Positions 21,801 to 33,802 of a DNA stretch of 64,000 bases are shown in pieces. The notes beneath the pieces were generated by a model that ran no database searches, was not told the origin of the DNA, and saw only the letters and a program-made list of their open reading frames with translations. Source of the DNA: Eledone cirrhosa (Eukaryota); assembly GCA_964016885.1 (NCBI GenBank), contig OZ024744.1, positions 128,774,001 to 128,838,000 of the forward strand, given 5' to 3'. Position 1 is the first letter of the stretch; each line of letters starts with the position of its first letter. The translations under genes were made by a program, and so were the position numbers.

Positions 21801-24800
21801 AGTTAAGTTGGGGTTGAGTTACGTTGTGGTTGAGTGAAGTTGGGGTTAAGTTAAGTTGGGGTTAAATTAAGTTGGGGTTAAGTTAAGTTGGGGTTGAGTT
21901 AAGTTGGGGTTAATTTAAGTTGGGGCTAAGTTAATTTGGGGTTAAGTTAAGTTGGGGTTAAATTAAGTTGGGGTTAAGTTAAGTTGGGGTTAAGTTAAGT
22001 TGGGGTTAAGTTAATTTGGGGTTAAGTGAAGTTAGGGTTAAGTTAAGTTGGGGCTGAGTTAAGTTGGGGGTAAGTTAAGTTGGGGTTATGTTAAGTTGGG
22101 GTTAAGTTAAGTTGGGGTTAAGTTAAGTTGGGGTTCAGTTAAGTTGCGGTTAAGTTAAGTTGGGGTTAAGTTAAGTTGGGGTTAAGTTAAGTTGGGGTTA
22201 ATTTAAGTTGGGGTTAAGTTAAGTTGGGGTTAAGTTAAGTTGGGGTTAAATTCAGTCGGGGTTAAGTTAAGTCGGGGTTAAGTTACGTTGGGGTTAAGTT
22301 AAGTTGGGGTTAAGTTAAGTTGGGGTTGAGTTAAGTTGGGGTTAAGTTAAGTTGGGGTTAAGTTAAGTTGGGGTTAAGTTAAGTTGGGGTTAATTTAAGT
22401 TGGGGTTAATTTAAGTTGGGGTTAAGTTAAGTTGGGGTTAAGTTAAGTTGGGGTAACGTTAAGTTGGGGGTAAGTTAAGTTGGGGTTAAGTTAAGTTGGG
22501 GTTAAGTTGGGGTTAAGTTAAGTTAGGGTTAACTTAAGTTGGGGTTGTGTTAAGTGGTGGTTATGTTAAGTGGTGGTTATGTTAAGTTGGGGTTAAGTTA
22601 AGTTGGGGTTAAGTTAAGTTGGGGTTAAGTTAAGTTGGGGTTAAGTTAATTAGGGTTAAGTTAAGTTGGGTTTAAGTTAAGTTGGGTTTAAGTTAATTTG
22701 TGGTTAAGTTAAGTTGGGGTTAAGTTAAGTTGGGGTTAAGTTAAGTTGGGGATAAGTTAAGTTGGGGATAAGTTAAGTTGGGGTTAATTAAGTTGGGTTT
22801 AAGTTAAGTTGGGGTTAAGTTAAGTCGGGGTTAAGTTAAGTTGGGGTTAAGTTAAGTTGGTTAGTTAAGTTGAGTTTAAGTTAAGTTGGGGTTAATTTAA
22901 GTTGGGGTTAAGTTAAGTTGGGGTTAAGTTAAGTTGGGGTTAAGTTAAGTTGGGGTTCAGTTAAGTTGGGGTTAAGTTAAGTTGGGGTTAAGTTGGGGTA
23001 AAATTAAGTTGGGGTTAAGTTAAGTTGGGGTTAAGTTAAGTTGCGGTTAAGTTAAGTTGCCGTTAAGTTAAGTTGAGGTTAAGTTAAGTTGGGGTTAAGT
23101 TAAGTTGGGGTTAAGTTAAGTTGGGGCTAAGTTAAGTTGGGGCTAAGTTAAGTTGGGGTTAAGTTAACTTTGGGTTAAGTTAAGTTGGGTTTGAGTTAAG
23201 TTGGGGTTAATTAAGTTGGGGTTAAGTTAAGTTGGGGTTAAGTTGGGGTTAAGTTAAGTTGCGGTTAAGTTAAGTTGATGTTAAGTTAAGTTGGGGTTAA
23301 GTTAAGTTGGGGTTAAGTTAAGTTGGGGCTAAGTTAAGTTGGAGCTGAGTTAAGTTGGGGCTAAGTTAAGTTGGGGTTAAGTTAAGTTGGGGTTAAGTTA
23401 AGGTGGGGTTAAGTTAAGTTGGGGTCAACTTAAGTTGGGGTTAAGTTAAGTTGGGGTTAACTTAAGTTGGGGTTAAGTTAAGTTGGGGTTAAGTTAAGTT
23501 GGGGTTAAGTTAAGTTGGGGTTACGTTAAGTTGGGGGTAAGTCAAGTTGGTGTTAAGTTAAGTTGGCGGTAAGTTAAGATGGGGTTAAGTTAAGTTGGGG
23601 TTAATTTAATTTGGGGTTAAGTTAAGTTAGGGTTAAGTTAAGTTGGGGTTGAGTTAAGTTGGGGTTAAGTTAAGTTGGGGTTATGTTAAGTTGGGGTTAA
23701 GTTAAGTTGGGGTTAAGTTAAGTTGGGGTTATGTTAAGTTGGGGTTAAGTTAAGTTGGGGTTAAGTTAAGTTGGGGTTCAATTAAGTTGGGGTTAAGTTA
23801 AGTTGGGGTTATGTTAAGTTGGTGTTAAGTTAAGTTGGGGTTAAGTTAAGTTGGGGTTAAGTTAGGTTGGTGTTAATTTAAGTTGGGGGTAGGTTAAGTT
23901 GGGGTAAGTTAAGTTGGTGTTAAGTTAAGTTGGGGTTAAGTTAAGTTGGGGTTAAGTTAAGTTGGGTTTAAGTTAAGTTGGGGCTAAGTTAAGTTAGGGC
24001 TAAGTTAAGTTGGGGTTAAGTAAAGTTAGGGCTAAGTTAAGTTGGGGTTAAGTGAAGTTGGGGTTAATTTAAGTTGGGGTTACATTAAGTTGATGTTAAG
24101 TTAAGTTGGGGTTAAGTTAAGTTGGGGTTAAGTTAAGTTGGGGTTAAATTAAGTTGGGGTTAAATTAAGTTGGGGTTAAGTTAAGTTGGGGTTAAGTTAG
24201 GTTGGTGTTAAGTTAAGTTGGGGTTAAGTTAATTTGTGGTTAAGTTAAGTTGGGGTTAAGTTAAGTTGGGGTTAAGTTCAGTCGGGGTTAAGTTAAGTCG
24301 GGGTTAAGTTAAGTTGGGGTTAAGTTAAGTTGCGGTTAAGTTAAGTTGGGGTTAATTTAAGTTGGGGTTAAGTTAATTAGGGTTAAGTTAAGTTGGGGTT
24401 AAGTTAAGTTGGGGTTAAGTTAAGTTGGGGTTAAGTTAAGTTGGGTTTAAGTTAAGTTGGGGCTAAGTTAAGTTAGGGCTAAGTTAAGTTGGGGTTAAGT
24501 TAAGTTGGGGTTAATTTAAGTTGGGGTTACATTAAGTTGAGGTTAAGTTAAGTTGTGGTTAAGTTAAGTTAGGGTTAATTTAAGTTAGGGTTATGTTAAG
24601 TTGGGGTTAAGTTAAGTTGGGGTTAAGTTAGGTTGGTGTTAAGTTAAGTTGGGGTTAAGTTAAGTTAGGGTTGAGTTAAGTTGGGGTTGAGTTAAGTTGG
24701 GGTTGAGTGAAGTTGGGGTTAAGTTAAGTTGGGGTTAAATTAAGTTGGGGTTAAGTTAAGTTGGGGTTGAGTTAAGTTGGGGTTAATTTAAGTTGGGTTT

Positions 24801-27800
24801 AAGTTAAGTTGGGTTTAAGTTAAGTTGGGGTTGAATTAAGTTGGGGTTAAATTAAGTTGGGGTTAAGTTAAGTTGGGGGTAAGTTAAGTTGGGGGCAAGT
24901 TAAGTTGGGGTTAAGTTAAGTTGGGGTTAAGTTAAGTTGGGGTTAATTTAAGTTGGGGTTATGTTAAGATGGGGTTAAGTTAAGTTGGGGTTAAGTTAAG
25001 TTGGGGTTAAGTTAAGTTGGTGTTAAGTTAAGTTGGGGGTAAGTTACGTTAGGGCTAAGTTACGTTGGGGTTAACTTAACCCCAACTTAACTTAACCCCA
25101 ACTTAACTTAGACCCAACTTAACTGAGCCCCAACTTAACTTAACCCCAACGTAACTTAGCCCTAACGTAACTTACCCCCAACTTAACTTAACACCAACTT
25201 AACTTAACCCCAACTTAACTTAACCCCAACTTAACTTACCCCCAACTTAACTTACCCCCACCTTAACTTACCCCCAACTTAACTTAACCCCAACTTAACT
25301 TAACTTAACCCCAACTTAAGTTAAGTTTGGGTTAAGGTTGGGGTTAAATTAAGTTGGGGTTAAGTTAAGTTGGGGTTAAGTTAAGTTGGGGTTAAGTTAA
25401 GTTGGGGGTAAGTTAAGTTGGGGTTAAGTTAAGTTGGGGTTAAGTTAAGTTGGGGTTAAGTTAAGTTCGGGTTAAGTTAAGTTGGTGTTAAGTTAAGTTG
25501 GGGCTGAGTTAAGTTGGGGCTAAGTTAAGTTGGGTCTAAGTTAAGTTGGGGTTAAGTTAAGTTGGGGTTAAGTTAAGTTGGTGTTAAATTAAGTTGGGGT
25601 TAAATTAAGTTGGTGTTAAGTTAAGTTGGGGTTAAGTTAAGTTGGGGTTAATTAAGTTGGGGTTAAGTTAAGTTGGGGTTAAGTTAATTGGGGTTAAATT
25701 AAGTTAGGGTTGAGTTAAGTTGGGGTTAAGTTAAGTTGGGGTTATATTAAGTTGGGGTTAAGTTAAGTTGGGGTTAAGTAAAGTTGGGGTTCAGTTAATT
25801 TGGGGTTAAGTGAAGTTAGGGTTAAGTTAAGTTGGGGTTGAGTTAAGTTGGGGGTAAGTTAAGTTGGGGTTATGTTAAGTTGGGGTTACGTTAAGTTGGG
25901 TTTAAGTTAAGTTGGGGTTAAGTTAAGTTGGGGTTAAGTTAAGTTGGGGTTAATTTAAGTTGGGGTTAAGTTAATTTGGGCTTAATTTAAGTTGGGGTTA
26001 AGTTAAGTTGGGGTTAAGTTAAGTTGGGGTTAAATTAAGTTGGGCTTAAGTTAAGTTGGGGTTAAGTTAAGTTGGGGTTAAGTTAATTTGGGGTTAAGTT
26101 AAGTTAGGGTAAAGTTAAGTTGGGGTTGAGTTAAGTTGGGGTAAGTTAAGTTGGGGTTAAGTTAAGTTGGGGTTAAGTTAAGTTGGGGTTAAGTTAAGTT
26201 AGGCTTAACTTAAGTTGGGGTTAAGTTAAGTTGGGGGTGAGTTAAGTTGGGGGTAAGTTAAGTTGGGGTTAAGTTAAGTTGGGGTTAAGTTGGGGTTAAG
26301 TTAAGTTAGGGTTAAGTTAATTTGGGGTTGAGTTAAGTTGGGGTTAAGTTAAGTGGTGGTTATGTTAAGTTGGGGTTAAGTTAAGTTGGGGTTAATTTAA
26401 ATTGGGGTTAATTTAAATTTGTTGTTAAGTTAAGTTGGGGTTAATTTAAGTTGGGGTTAAGTTAAGTTGGGGTTGAGTTAAGTTGTGGTTGAGTGAAGTT
26501 GGGGTTAAGTTAAGTTGGGGTTAAATTAAGTTGGGGTTAAGTTAAGTTGGGGTTGAGTTAAGTTGGGGTTAATTTAAGTTGGGGCTAAGTTAATTTGGGG
26601 TTAAGTTAAGTTGGGGTTAAATTAAGTTGGGGTTAAGTTAAGTTGGGGTTAAGTTAAGTTGGGGTTAAGTTAATTTGGGGTTAAGTGAAGTTAGGGTTAA
26701 GTTAAGTTGGGGCTGAGTTAAGTTGGGGGTAAGTTAAGTTGGGGTTATGTTAAGTTGGGGTTAAGTTAAGTTGGGGTTAAGTTAAGTTGGGGTTCAGTTA
26801 AGTTGCGGTTAAGTTAAGTTGGGGTTAAGTTAAGTTGGGGTTAAGTTAAGTTGGGGTTAATTTAAGTTGTGGTTAAGTTAAGTTGGGGTTAAGTTAAGTT
26901 GGGGTTAAATTCAGTCGGGGTTAAGTTAAGTCGGGGTTAAGTTACGTTGGGGTTAAGTTAAGTTGGGGTTAAGTTAAGTTGGGGTTGAGTTAAGTTGGGG
27001 TTAAGTTAAGTTGGGGTTAAGTTAAGTTGGGGTTAAGTTAAGTTGGGGTTAATTTAAGTTGGGGTTAAGTTAAGTTGGGGTTAATTTAAGTTGGGGTTAA
27101 TTTAAGTTGGGGTTAAGTTAAGTTGGGGTTAAGTTAAGTTGGGGTAACGTTAAGTTGGGGGTAAGTTAAGTTGGGGTTAAGTTAAGTTGGGGTTAAGTTG
27201 GGGTTAAGTTAAGTTAGGGTTAACTTAAGTTGGGGTTGTGTTAAGTGGTGGTTATGTTAAGTGGTGGTTATGTTAAGTTGGGGTTAAGTTAAGTTGGGGT
27301 TAAGTTAAGTTGGGGTTAAGTTAAGTTGGGGTTAAGTTAATTAGGGTTAAGTTAAGTTGGGTTTAAGTTAAGTTGGGGTTAAGTTAATTTGTGGTTAAGT
27401 TAAGTTGGGGTTAAGTTAAGTTGGGGATAAGTTAAGTTGGGGATAAGTTAAGTTGGGGTTAATTAAGTTGGGTTTAAGTTAAGTTGGGGTTAAGTTAAGT
27501 CGGGGTTAAGTTAAGTTGGGGTTAAGTTAAGTTGGTTAGTTAAGTTGAGTTTAAGTTAAGTTGGGGTTAATTTAAGTTGGGGTTAAGTTAAGTTGGGGTT
27601 AAGTTAAGTTGGGGTTAAGTTGGGGTAAAATTAAGTTGGGGTTAAGTTAAGTTGGGGTTAAGTTAAGTTGCGGTTAAGTTAAGTTGCCGTTAAGTTAAGT
27701 TGAGGTTAAGTTAAGTTGGGGTTAAGTTAAGTTGGGGTTAAGTTAAGTTGGGGCTAAGTTAAGTTGGGGCTAAGTTAAGTTGGGGTTAAGTTAACTTTGG

Positions 27801-30724
27801 GTTAAGTTAAGTTGGGTTTGAGTTAAGTTGGGGTTAATTAAGTTGGGGTTAAGTTAAGTTGGGGTTAAGTTGGGGTTAAGTTAAGTTGCGGTTAAGTTAA
27901 GTTGATGTTAAGTTAAGTTGGGGTTAAGTTAAGTTGGGGTTAAGTTAAGTTGGGGCTAAGTTAAGTTGGAGCTGAGTTAAGTTGGGGCTAAGTTAAGTTG
28001 GGGTTAAGTTAAGTTGGGGTTAAGTTAAGGTGGGGTTAAGTTAAGTTGGGGTCAACTTAAGTTGGGGTTAAGTTAAGTTGGGGTTAACTTAAGTTGGGGT
28101 TAAGTTAAGTTGGGGTTAAGTTAAGTTGGGGTTAAGTTAAGTTGGGGTTACGTTAAGTTGGGGGTAAGTCAAGTTGGTGTTAAGTTAAGTTGGCGGTAAG
28201 TTAAGATGGGGTTAAGTTAAGTTGGGGTTAATTTAATTTGGGGTTAAGTTAAGTTAGGGTTAAGTTAAGTTGGGGTTGAGTTAAGTTGGGGTTAAGTTAA
28301 GTTGGGGTTATGTTAAGTTGGGGTTAAGTTAAGTTGGGGTTAAGTTAAGTTGGGGTTCAATTAAGTTGCGGATAATTTAAGTTGGGGTTAAGTTAAGTTG
28401 GAGTTAAGTTAAGTTGCGGTTAAGTTAAGTTGCCGTTAAGTTAAGTTGAGGTTAAGTTAAGTTGGGGTTAAGTTAAGTTGGGGTTAAGTTAAGTTGGGGC
28501 TAAGTTAAGTTGGGGCTAAGTTAAGTTGGGGTTAAGTTAACTTTGGGTTAAGTTAAGTTGGGTTTGAGTTAAGTTGGGGTTAATTAAGTTGGGGTTAAGT
28601 TAAGTTGGGGTTAAGTTGGGGTTAAGTTAAGTTGCGGTTAAGTTAAGTTGATGTTAAGTTAAGTTGGGGTTAAGTTAAGTTGGGGTTAAGTTAAGTTGGG
28701 GCTAAGTTAAGTTGGAGCTGAGTTAAGTTGGGGCTAAGTTAAGTTGGGGTTAAGTTAAGTTGGGGTTAAGTTAAGGTGGGGTTAAGTTAAGTTGGGGTCA
28801 ACTTAAGTTGGGGTTAAGTTAAGTTGGGGTTAACTTAAGTTGGGGTTAAGTTAAGTTGGGGTTAAGTTAAGTTGGGGTTAAGTTAAGTTGGGGTTACGTT
28901 AAGTTGGGGGTAAGTCAAGTTGGTGTTAAGTTAAGTTGGCGGTAAGTTAAGATGGGGTTAAGTTAAGTTGGGGTTAATTTAATTTGGGGTTAAGTTAAGT
29001 TAGGGTTAAGTTAAGTTGGGGTTGAGTTAAGTTGGGGTTAAGTTAAGTTGGGGTTATGTTAAGTTGGGGTTAAGTTAAGTTGGGGTTAAGTTAAGTTGGG
29101 GTTCAATTAAGTTGCGGATAATTTAAGTTGGGGTTAAGTTAAGTTGGGGTTAAGTTAAGTTGGGGTTAATTTAAGTTGGGGTTAAATTAAGTTGGGGTTA
29201 AATTAAGTTGGGGTTAAGTTAAGTTGGGGTTATGTTAAGTTGGTGTTAAGTTAAGTTGGGGTTAAGTTAAGTTGGGGTTAAGTTAGGTTGGTGTTAATTT
29301 AAGTTGGGGGTAAGTTAAGTTGGGGTAAGTTAAGTTGGTGTTAAGTTAAGTTGGGGTTAAGTTAAGTTGGGGTTAAGTTAAGTTGGGGTTCAATTAAGTT
29401 GCGGGTAATTTAAGTTGGGGTTAAGTTAAGTTGGGGGTACGTTAAGTTGGGGGTAAGTTAAGTTGGGGTTAAGTTAAGTTGGGGTTAAGTTAAGTCGGGG
29501 TTAATTTAAGTTGCGGTTAAGTTAAGTTGGGGTTAAGTTAAGTTGGGGTTAAGTTAAGTTGGGATTAAGTTAAGTTGGGGTTAAGTTAAGTTGGGGTTGA
29601 GTTAAGTTGGGGTTAAGTTAGATTATTGTTAATTTATTTTGGGGTTAAGTTAAGTTGGGGTTAAGTTAAGTTGGGGTTAATTTAAGTTGGGGTTAAGTTA
29701 AGTGGGGGTTAAGTTGAGTTGGGGTTAAGTTAAGTTGGGGTTAAGTTAAGTTGGGGTTAAGATAAGTTGGGGTTAAGTTAAGTTGGGGTTGAGTTAAGTT
29801 CGGGTTGAGTTAATTTGGGGTTAACTTAAGTTGGGGTTAACTTAAGTTGGGGTTAAGTTAAGTTGGGTTTATGTTAAGTTGGGGATAAGTTAAGTTGGGA
29901 TTAAGTTAAGTTGGGGTTCAATTAAGTTGCGGTTAATTTAAGTTGGGGTTAAGTTAAGTTGGGGTTAAGTTAAGTTGGGGTTAAGTTAAGTTGGGGTTAA
30001 ATTAAGTAAGGGCTAAGTTAAGTTGAGGTTATGTTAAGTTGGTGTTAAGTTAAGTTGGGGTTAAGTTAAGTTGGGGTTAAGTTAAGTTGGGGTTTAAGTT
30101 AAGTTGGGGTTAAGTTAAGTTGGGGTTAATTTAATTTGGGGTTAAGTTAAGTTAGGGTTAAGTTAAGTTGGGGTTGAGTTAAGTTGGGGTTAAGTTAAGT
30201 TGGGGTTATGTTAAGTTGGGGATAAGTTAAGTTGGGGTTAAGTTAAGTTGGGGTTCAATTAAGTTGCGGTTAATTTAAGTTGGGGTTAAGTTAAGTTCGG
30301 GTTAAGTTAAGTTGGGGTTAAGTTAAGTTGGGGTTAAATTAAGTTAGGGCTAAGTTAAGTTGAGGTTATGTTAAGTTGGTGTTAAGTTAAGTTGGGGTTA
30401 AGTTAAGTTGGGGTTAAGTTAAGTTGGGGTTAAGTTAAGTTGGGTTTAAGTTAAGTTGGGGCTAAGTTAAGTTGGGGTTAAGTTAAGTTGGGGTTAAGTT
30501 AAGTTGGGGTTAAGTTAGGTTGGTGTTAAGTTAAGTTGGGGGTAAGTTAAGTTGGGGGTAAGTTAAGTTGGTGTTAAGTTAAGTTGGGGTTAAGTTAAGT
30601 TGGGGCTAAGTTAAGTTGGGTTTAAGTTAAGTTGGGTCTAAGTTAAGTTGGGGTTAAGTTAAGTTGGGGTTAACTTAAGTTGGGGGTAAGTTAAGTTGGG
30701 TTTGAGTTAAGTTGGGGTTAAGTT
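18889..30724 (+). repeat. 16-bp satellite array 2 (long type, ~11.8 kb)
   Basis: Same consensus as array 1. Variant order is colinear with array 4. Confidence 0.98.
25071..25319 (-). repeat. Inverted patch of the 16-bp satellite, copy 2
   Basis: Same sequence and junctions as 10806-11054. Confidence 0.97.
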
Positions 30725-33700
30725 AGGTTTTTCGAAAACCTTATATAATCAATTTTTTTTAGGTTTTTCGAAAAATGTTATATAATCAATTTTTTTTAGG
30801 TTTTTCGAAAAACCTTATATAATCAATTTTTTTTTAGGTTTTTCGAAACACCTTATATAATCAATTTTTTTTAGGTTTTTCGAAAAACCTTATATAATTA
30901 ATTTTTTTTAGGTTTTTCGAAAAACCTTATATAATCAATTTCTTTAGGTTTTTCGTAAAACCTTATATAATCAATTTTTTTAGGTTTTTCGAAAAACCTT
31001 ATATAATCAATTATTTTTAGGTTTTTCGAAATACCTTATATAATTAATTTTTTTTAGGTTTTTCGAAAAATCTTATATAATTAATTTATATCTGATTTCA
31101 AATATTGATTTTTTTAGGTTTTTCGAAAACCTTATATAATCAATTTTTTTTAGGTTTTTCGAAAAAGAATGAATTCATATTCGAAATATATACTTCTGCA
31201 TTAATCTTTTTACGTTTTTCTGATTTTTTGCATGTTTTGAAATTTAAAAAAAACGTAAAAAATTAATGCTTTTACAAATATTTTGAAATATTTACTTTCT
31301 GGTTTCAAATTTTGCAAATTAAATTTTTTTCTAAAAAAATCAGTTTTCGAAATCAGAAGTTAATATTTCGAAAAACGCAATTTAAAAAACTCATATTAAT
31401 TTTTTTTCGAATGAAGTTTTTTTATGCTTTTAGAAATATTTATATCTGATTTAAAATATTGATTTTTTTAGGTTTACCTTATATAATCAAACAAATTTTT
31501 TTAGGTTTTTCGAAATATCTTATATAATCAATTTTTTTTAGGTTTTTCGAAAAAGAATGAATTTGAGTTCATAGTCGAAATATATACTTCTGCATTAATC
31601 TTTGATTTTTTGCATGTTTTGAAATCTAAAAAAAACGTAAAAAATTAATGCTTTTACAAATATTTTGAAATATTTACTTTCTGGTTTCTAAGTTTGCAAA
31701 TTAAATTTTTTTCAAAAAACCTAAAAAAAATCAGTTTTTGAAATCAGAAGTTAATATTTCGAAAAACGCAATTTGAAAAACTCATATTAATTTTTTTTCG
31801 AATGAAGTTTTTTATACTTTTAGAAATATTTATATCTGATTTCAAATATTGATTTTTTTAGGTTTTTCGAAAAAGAATGAATTTGAGTTCATAGTCGAAA
31901 TATATATTTCTGCATTAATCTTTTTACGTTTTTCTGATTTTTTGCATGTTTTGAAATTTAAAAAAAACGTAAAAAATCAATATTTCGAAAAACGCAATTT
32001 GAAAAACTCATATTCATTTTTTTTCGAATGAATTCTTTCATACTTTTAGAAATATTTATATCTGATTTTAAATATTGATTTTTTTAGGTTTACCTTATAT
32101 AATCAAATTTTTTTAGGTTTTTCGAAAAAGAATGAATTTGAGTTCATAGTCGAAATATATACTTCTGCATTAATCTTTTTACGTTTTTCTGATTTTTTGC
32201 ATGTTTTGAAATTTAAAAAAAAACGTAAAAAATTAATGGTTTTACAAATATTTTGAAATATTTACTTTCTGGTTTCGAATTTTGCAAATTAAATTTTTTT
32301 CGAAAAAAACCTAAAAAAATCAGTTTTCGAAATCAGAAGTTAATATTTCGAAAAACGCAATTTGAAAAACTCATATTAATTTTTTTTCGAATGAAGTTTT
32401 TTTATGCTTTTAGAAATATTTATATCTGATTTCCAATATTGATTTTTTTTAGGTTTTTCGAAAAAGAATGAATTTGAGTTCATAGTCGAAATATATATTT
32501 CTGCATTGATCTTTGATTTTTTGCATGTTTTGAAATTTAAAAAAAAAGTAAAAAATTAATGCTTTTACAAATATTTTGAAATATTTACTTTCTGGTTTCA
32601 AAGTTTGCAAATTAAATTTTTTTCGAAAAACCTAAAAAAATCAGTTTTCGAAATCAGAAGTTAATATTTCGAAAAACGCAATTTTAAAAACTCATATTAA
32701 TTTTTTTTCGAATGAATTCTTTCATACTTTTAGAAATATTTATATCTGATTTCAAATATTGATTTTTTTTAGGTTTTTCGAAAAATCTTATATAATCAAT
32801 TTTTTTTAGGTTTTTCGAAAAAGAATGAATTTGAGTTCATAGTCGAAATATATACTTCTGCATTAATCTTTGATTTTTTGCATGTTTTGAAATTTAAAAA
32901 AAACGTAAAAAAACAATATTTCGAAAAACGCAATTTGAAAAACTCATATTAATTTTTTTTCGAATGAATTCTTTTATACTTTTAGAAATATTTATATCTG
33001 ATTTTAAATATTGATTTTTTTAGGTTTACCTTATATAATCAAATTTTTTTAGGTTGTTCGAAAAATCTTATATAATCAAATTTTTTTAGGTTTTTCGAAA
33101 AAGAATTTGAGTTCATAGTCGAAATATATACTTCTGCATTAATCTTTTTACGTTTTTCTGATTTTTTGCATGTTTTGAAATTTAAAAAAAACGTAAAAAA
33201 TTAATGCTTTTACAAATATTTTGAAATATTTACTTTCTGGTTTCAAATTTTGTAAATTAAATTTTTTTCGAAAAACCTAAAAAAATCAGTTTTCGAAATC
33301 AGAAGTTAATATTTCGAAAAACGCAATTTAAAAAACTCATATTAATTTTTTTTCGAATGAATTCTTTTAGAAATATTTATATCTGATTTCAAATATTGAT
33401 TTTTTTAGGTTTACCTTATATAATCAAATTTTTTTAGGTTTTTCAAAAACCTTATATAATCAATTTTTTTTAGGTTTTTCGAAAAACCTTACATAATCAA
33501 TTTTTTTTAGGTTTTTTCGAAAAACCTTATATAATCAATTTTTTACGTTTTTAGAAAAACCTTATATAATCAATTTTTTTTATACTTTTAGAAATATTTA
33601 TATCTTATTTCAAATATTGATTTTTTTTAGATTTTTCGAAATACCTTATATAATCAATTTTTCTAGGTGTTTCGAAAAACCTTATATAATCAATTTTTTT

Positions 33701-33802
33701 TAGGTTTTTCGAAAGACCTTATATAATCAATTTTTTTTAGGTTTTTCGAAAAACCTTATATAATCAATTTTTTTAGGTTTTTCGACAACCTTATATAATC
33801 AA
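30725..33802. repeat. AT-rich composite block, copy 2 (3.08 kb; seven long monomers)
   Basis: Long monomers start at 31167, 31555, 31875, 32130, 32466, 32823 and 33103, flanked by runs of the ~37-bp monomer. Confidence 0.95.

Noticed and set aside
31849-32031. 60-aa ORF
   Set aside because: Chance frame in the short variant of the long monomer, with a TTG start and low complexity. Sister monomers are frameshifted by homopolymer length changes.
30725-33802. Telomere-specific retrotransposon (SART/TRAS, HeT-A type) or other autonomous element inserted in the array
   Set aside because: No ORF, reverse transcriptase, transposase, poly(A) tail or target-site duplication. The block is itself made of tandem repeats.
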